DNA of 64,000 nucleotides. It comes from Candidatus Bathyarchaeia archaeon (GTDB lineage Archaea > Thermoproteota > Bathyarchaeia > TCS64). The notes under the pieces were generated by a model, which saw only the letters and a program-made list of their open reading frames with translations, was not told the origin of the DNA and did not search any database. Made by a program: the position numbers and the translations under genes. This document shows positions 59,876-64,000 of this stretch, one piece after another; position 1 is the first letter of the stretch; each line of letters opens with the position of its first letter. The stretch is from NCBI GenBank assembly GCA_050014495.1, contig JBEKDF010000007.1, positions 31,094 through 95,093 on the forward strand. Direction: 5' to 3'.

Positions 59876-60670
59876 TCATTTACTCGTGCCTTCGCTGGTG
59901 AGGAAGTTCAGCACTTCTCGGTTGAAGGCGTCCCTCATTTCTACCATGAAGGTGTGCGAGCCGCCCTCGACCTTGACTAGCCTGGACCTCGGGATCCTAC
60001 TCGAGATAACCTCGGAACTGACCGGCTTGATGAGCCTATCACCGGTTCCCACTATGACCAGTGTGCTGGCGGTGATCAAACGTAGTCTCTCGAGGGTGTT
60101 GTGGTTCGAGCAGGCCTCCCTCTGTCCCTCGATCCCCACAGTATCCGAGGTAGCTGTGAGCATGGACCAAACCTTGCTCAAGAGGCCGAAGGTGAATCTA
60201 TATAGTGGCTTGTTGAAGGCCAGACTAAGCATGGCGTTGGCCATCTTCCCTGGGGGTAGTAGGGCCAGCTTGGCCATCTCCGGGGTGCTTCCGCTCGTCT
60301 CGTCTTGGCAGGCGTATGTGCAAGCGAGCACCAGCTTGTTGACCCTCTCCGGGTGGTTTATCACGAGCTCCTGCGCGATCATTCCGCCCATCGAGGCTCC
60401 CATTACGTTGGCCTTCTCGATTCCCAGGTTGTCCATCAGGTGTACAGTGTCCTCTGCCATCATCCTGGTGGAGTAGGGACCCTGTGGCTTATCAGATTCG
60501 CCGACCCCACGGTTGTCGAAGATAACGACGCGGTAGTGTCTCCTGAAGAATGGCGCCTGGTAGTACCAGCCTATCATGGGTGAGCTGAATCCCATTATCA
60601 TTACGAGGGGCTCGCCCTTTCCCTCCACCCTGTAGTTTATGTTGATGTCTCCGAGTTTGGCCAGCGGCAT
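59876..60670 (-). CDS. Alpha/beta hydrolase (PcaD-like)
   Basis: FDNRGVG.S, GASMGG, GTGD, GGSH. Confidence 0.92.
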   Translation of the reverse strand: MPLAKLGDININYRVEGKGEPLVMIMGFSSPMIGWYYQAPFFRRHYRVVIFDNRGVGESDKPQGPYSTRMMAEDTVHLMDNLGIEKANVMGASMGGMIAQELVINHPERVNKLVLACTYACQDETSGSTPEMAKLALLPPGKMANAMLSLAFNKPLYRFTFGLLSKVWSMLTATSDTVGIEGQREACSNHNTLERLRLITASTLVIVGTGDRLIKPVSSEVISSRIPRSRLVKVEGGSHTFMVEMRDAFNREVLNFLTSEGTSK

Positions 60671-60781
60671 GGTGATCTTATTTTTCCCTGCATTGGAGTG
60701 ACTTTTCTTGGTTTCTATTTACGCGCATGCAATATGGTTCGGAGGTATCGCGAGCCATGTACACATGCGTATACATTTGTA

Positions 60782-60943
60782 TTTGACTTGGGTAAAGTTG
60801 GTTTGGGGTCATAGTCTTATCCTCACTTCCACCTGATCCTCGAAAATTTAACCCAAATTGAATTTGGCATAAGCCTCATCCTAGTGTGCAATAATCTTAT
60901 CCAAACTACTACCTGATACAAATCAAGTGATCAAGTTGGATGC
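60782..60943 (+). repeat. Most complete copy of the dispersed modular repeat
   Basis: Core, palindromic module, second core-like unit and tail in series. Confidence 0.9.
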
Positions 60944-62406
60944 TAAAAAGCAAGAGAATCCTAAAACCTTCTTATACAGAGAAACCCTTCGTCCACAATA
61001 TCATTTTTCTCCTCCATTACATTGGATCAACGATCCCAACGGACTTGTTTACTACGATGGTGAATACCATTTATTCTATCAACACAACCCCATGGGCATC
61101 CGATGGGGACACATGAGTTGGGGACATGCAATAAGCACGGACCTAATTCACTGGCAGCATTTACCGCTGGCGATCCCGGAAGAAAATGGCGTGATGATTT
61201 TCTCGGGCGGCTGCGTGATAGATAAAAATAACACGGCGGGCTTTGCAGACAAACCCGGCGATGTCCTGATGGTTGCGATCTATACAGGACACACTGAAGG
61301 CAAGAATCAATCACAACATCTCGCTTACAGCAATGATAAAGGAAGATCATGGAAAAAATATGAGAAGAATCCTGTCCTTGATCTGGGCCTAAGAGATTTT
61401 CGTGATCCGCAGGTGTTCTGGTATGAGCCGGATAAGAAGTGGGTAATGTCAGTAGTGCTTGCTGTTGAAAAAAAAGTTCAATTTTATAGTTCATACAATT
61501 TGAAAGAATGGAAATATATGAGCAGCTTTGGCCCTGCGGGAGATGTTTCTGGTAACTGGGAGTGCCCTGATCTGTTTGAGGTTCCTATTAATGGCGAGCC
61601 GAGGAAAACTAAATGGGTATTGATGCATTCGCCTTCTCCATATATGCAGTATTTTATTGGTGATTTTGATGGAACGTTTTTTAAAAAATAAAAGCCCTTC
61701 CGGTAAAATTTTCAGACCAGATTATGGTCCCGATTATTATGCCGCAGTTGTTTTTAAAAATCATTCAGCGGAGGTATCTCCGGTTAGTATCGGCTGGGTA
61801 AATAACTGGAACTATGCTCGGGACATTCCAACCATGCCATGGAGAGGTGCTATGTCTTTACCACGGCTGCTCAGCTTGAATAAAGTAAATAATGAATGGC
61901 TTTTGTTACAGGAACCCGTTACTTCTGTTGAGCTACTTCGATCTGCACCTATATTAGAATTGAAAAATTTAATTGTTGAAAAAACAATAACGCTTCCTGT
62001 AAAATCACAGCAGTTTGAATTGATTTATTCTGTTGAGCCTTCCGCTGATTCAAATTTCGGAATACGATTTTTTTCGGGGGCTGGTCATGAAATGGAGTTG
62101 GACTATGATAACACATCTCAAACTCTTTACATGGATAGAAGTAAAACAAGCAATAGTTCGTTTAATAGGTCATTTGAAAAACTAGGACGTTATGAAACAC
62201 ATCTTACTCTAGATAATGCTCTTTTGAGTTTGAGGATATTTGTTGACAATAGCATTGTGGAAGTTTTTGCTAATGAGGGACGATCGGTGATGACTATGCA
62301 GGTTTTCCCTAATGAAGTTGATTCAGGGGTTGAACTATTCTGCAATCAAGGGAAAATCTTCATAGAGAATCTTACTCTTTGGCCGATAAAGTCTGTTTGG
62401 GAATAG
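60927..62406 (+). pseudogene. GH32 levanase/beta-fructosidase split by a +1 frameshift in T6A6 (about 61677-61688)
   Basis: WINDPNG, FSG, FRDP, WECP in ORF1; DYGPDYYA, GWVNNW.YA, SLPR, DNSIVEVFAN in ORF2. Confidence 0.9.
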
Positions 62407-62539
62407 ATCAATCACAAAACGTTGTATTCAAAAATCTTAGTCCAAATGCGCGCGCGCATTACGCATCTATGAAAATACTCAATTTTAGCAGCTTTTATTT
62501 ATCACGTATTCTATAAGTATCTAGGATCAAGTAGAAAAC

Positions 62540-62827
62540 ATGAACAACGTCAACGAGAACAGGAAGAAGGTTGTTCAGATCTTAAACTCTAATCGATACG
62601 AGATCGAAGATGTCGAAGGAGCAATTCTAGCGAGTAAATATTGTGAAAGAAGCGGTGGAGGATTAATGTGCCTTCTACTCGAAGCGAGTCCACCATTTGA
62701 GGAGATAAAGACCTGGGGGGAATATGCCGCTCATTTGGACGACAGTGACGTCAATAATGTAGTTAGTGCTCTAAACCAGAACCTTTTTGAGTTACTTGGT
62801 GGGGCACGAGTATTACAGTCGAAGTAA
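62540..62827 (+). CDS. Hypothetical protein
   Basis: Clean ATG ORF after CTATAAGT. Confidence 0.6.
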   Translation: MNNVNENRKKVVQILNSNRYEIEDVEGAILASKYCERSGGGLMCLLLEASPPFEEIKTWGEYAAHLDDSDVNNVVSALNQNLFELLGGARVLQSK

Positions 62828-62968
62828 GAGTGGTAACTCGTCGCACGTGCACGCGCGCGCATTTGCTACACTTCATTACTTGTTGTATAGACGATGTAAC
62901 CGCACTTTGAGTGTGTATTAACTGGTACTTCACATAAACGTCTTGGTGGCGCACGTGTGCGCGTGTTG

Positions 62969-63814
62969 TTAACTCTTCAACTCTTTCATTGCTTTCTCTC
63001 GGGATATATTGATCGTCGGTACCTTCATCTTCTCGAATTTTTTCAGGAACCTGCATATCCAGTCAACGTACTCATCCATCAAATGAAGAGAATATTCCAT
63101 GGTTATCTGAGAGTAGTCCTTTGTTCCAGGTTCAATGTCGGGGTCTGCTTCAGTCATAGAACCCGTGTCTGTGACGTCCGCGGTTTTAAGTGGGAGCCTT
63201 ACGACGCCGCCGTCAAACTCGGCTAGCCCTGCACTAAGAATCTTAATATCGTCGTCGAATTGCTTCGTCGGGGAAAGTATCGCGTACTCCATCTTAACAG
63301 CTTCAGGCCTTGAGGCCAGCATGAAGGCCGTCTCCGAGTATCCTGCGTGAGCCTCGAAGTTTTGGTTGAAGATCTTTCTCGAGCCCCACGATGTGAACCA
63401 TTCAACTATCGCCCCGAACATGCCGAAGTCGTCCCTGGCCCTCTTCAGTGCCGATGTGATTGAGGGGGTGTTGCCTCCGTGGCCGTTTATGAAGAGGACC
63501 TTGCCTATTTTATGGCGGTTTAAGTTTGCCAGAATCTCGTAGATCACCTGTTCGTAGGTTGATTCGTCGAGTGTGATGACGCCAGGGAACTCCTTGTGGT
63601 GGCCTGAGACTCCGTAGGTTAACACGGGGAGAACCAGTGCATCCGATTTCTCGCCGACGCGTCTGGCGATCTCCCATGCCTGTATCCAGTCGGCGCCTAC
63701 GCCTAGGTGTAGGCCATGCTGCTCGGTTGCACCCACTGGCACAATTGCTACCTTTGTTTTCTTTATTTTTTCTTCGGCTTCCCACCACGTCATGTTTGAA
63801 AGTTCGTAGACCAT
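62969..63814 (-). CDS. Creatininase-family amidohydrolase
   Basis: PVGATEQHG.HL...D, YGVS.HH..FPG, NGHGGN, HAG..ET. Confidence 0.92.
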   Translation of the reverse strand: MVYELSNMTWWEAEEKIKKTKVAIVPVGATEQHGLHLGVGADWIQAWEIARRVGEKSDALVLPVLTYGVSGHHKEFPGVITLDESTYEQVIYEILANLNRHKIGKVLFINGHGGNTPSITSALKRARDDFGMFGAIVEWFTSWGSRKIFNQNFEAHAGYSETAFMLASRPEAVKMEYAILSPTKQFDDDIKILSAGLAEFDGGVVRLPLKTADVTDTGSMTEADPDIEPGTKDYSQITMEYSLHLMDEYVDWICRFLKKFEKMKVPTINISREKAMKELKS

Positions 63815-64000
63815 TTTTATTCTAGATAATATTATGGTGTGGAGATAAAAGAATCATTTGATATCTCTTTTAGGAAAAATGCGCGCTTGCTTGTTTAGAA
63901 ATTCGTATTTTAGGACCACCTGAACGCCCCAACATAACCAAAACGAGGAAAAGCCAAAGCTCACAACACACGAGCCATCAGCCGAGAAACAGGCAGATAC

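Noticed and set aside
61670..61697. Programmed -1 frameshift in the GH32 gene
   Set aside because: Joining the ORFs needs +1, not -1, and there is no in-phase X XXY YYZ heptamer.
1..64000. Integron cassette array
   Set aside because: Genes are in mixed orientation with their own promoters; no consistent RYYYAAC/GTTRRRY attC boxes and no integrase.
1..64000. tRNA, rRNA, transposase, reverse transcriptase or defence genes
   Set aside because: None recognised by eye; a covariance-model or HMM search could still reveal small RNAs.

Overview
Archaeal DNA, probably Bathyarchaeia. The taxon is an inference from Alba, archaeal-type ThyA, RNase Z, an arcadin-1 homologue, TATA-box/leaderless gene starts and a corrinoid/MtrH-like/UroD-family methyl-transfer module. 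The window holds about 70 mostly monocistronic, mixed-orientation metabolic and transport genes, two compact housekeeping operons (arcadin-1/trx/trxB/rnz/fprA; iscS/iscU) and at least 10 broken genes. I found no rRNA, tRNA, CRISPR array, transposase or integrase. Three patterns are not explained by the ORF track. (1) Most spacers between transcription units carry short alternating purine-pyrimidine tracts centred on (GC)n. These tracts lie exactly at the breakpoints of truncated or fused genes and also cut a non-coding repeat, suggesting a genome-shuffling or end-joining signature. (2) A dispersed modular non-coding repeat (core CATAGTCTTATCCTCACTTCCACCTGA) is present in about 13 partial copies. 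(3) alba is embedded in an unannotated array of very Lys/Arg-rich, protamine-like micro-ORFs chained by successive stop/start overlaps. Several Cys-rich microproteins below the ORF cut-off were also found. All family assignments come from motif recognition by eye, not database searches.
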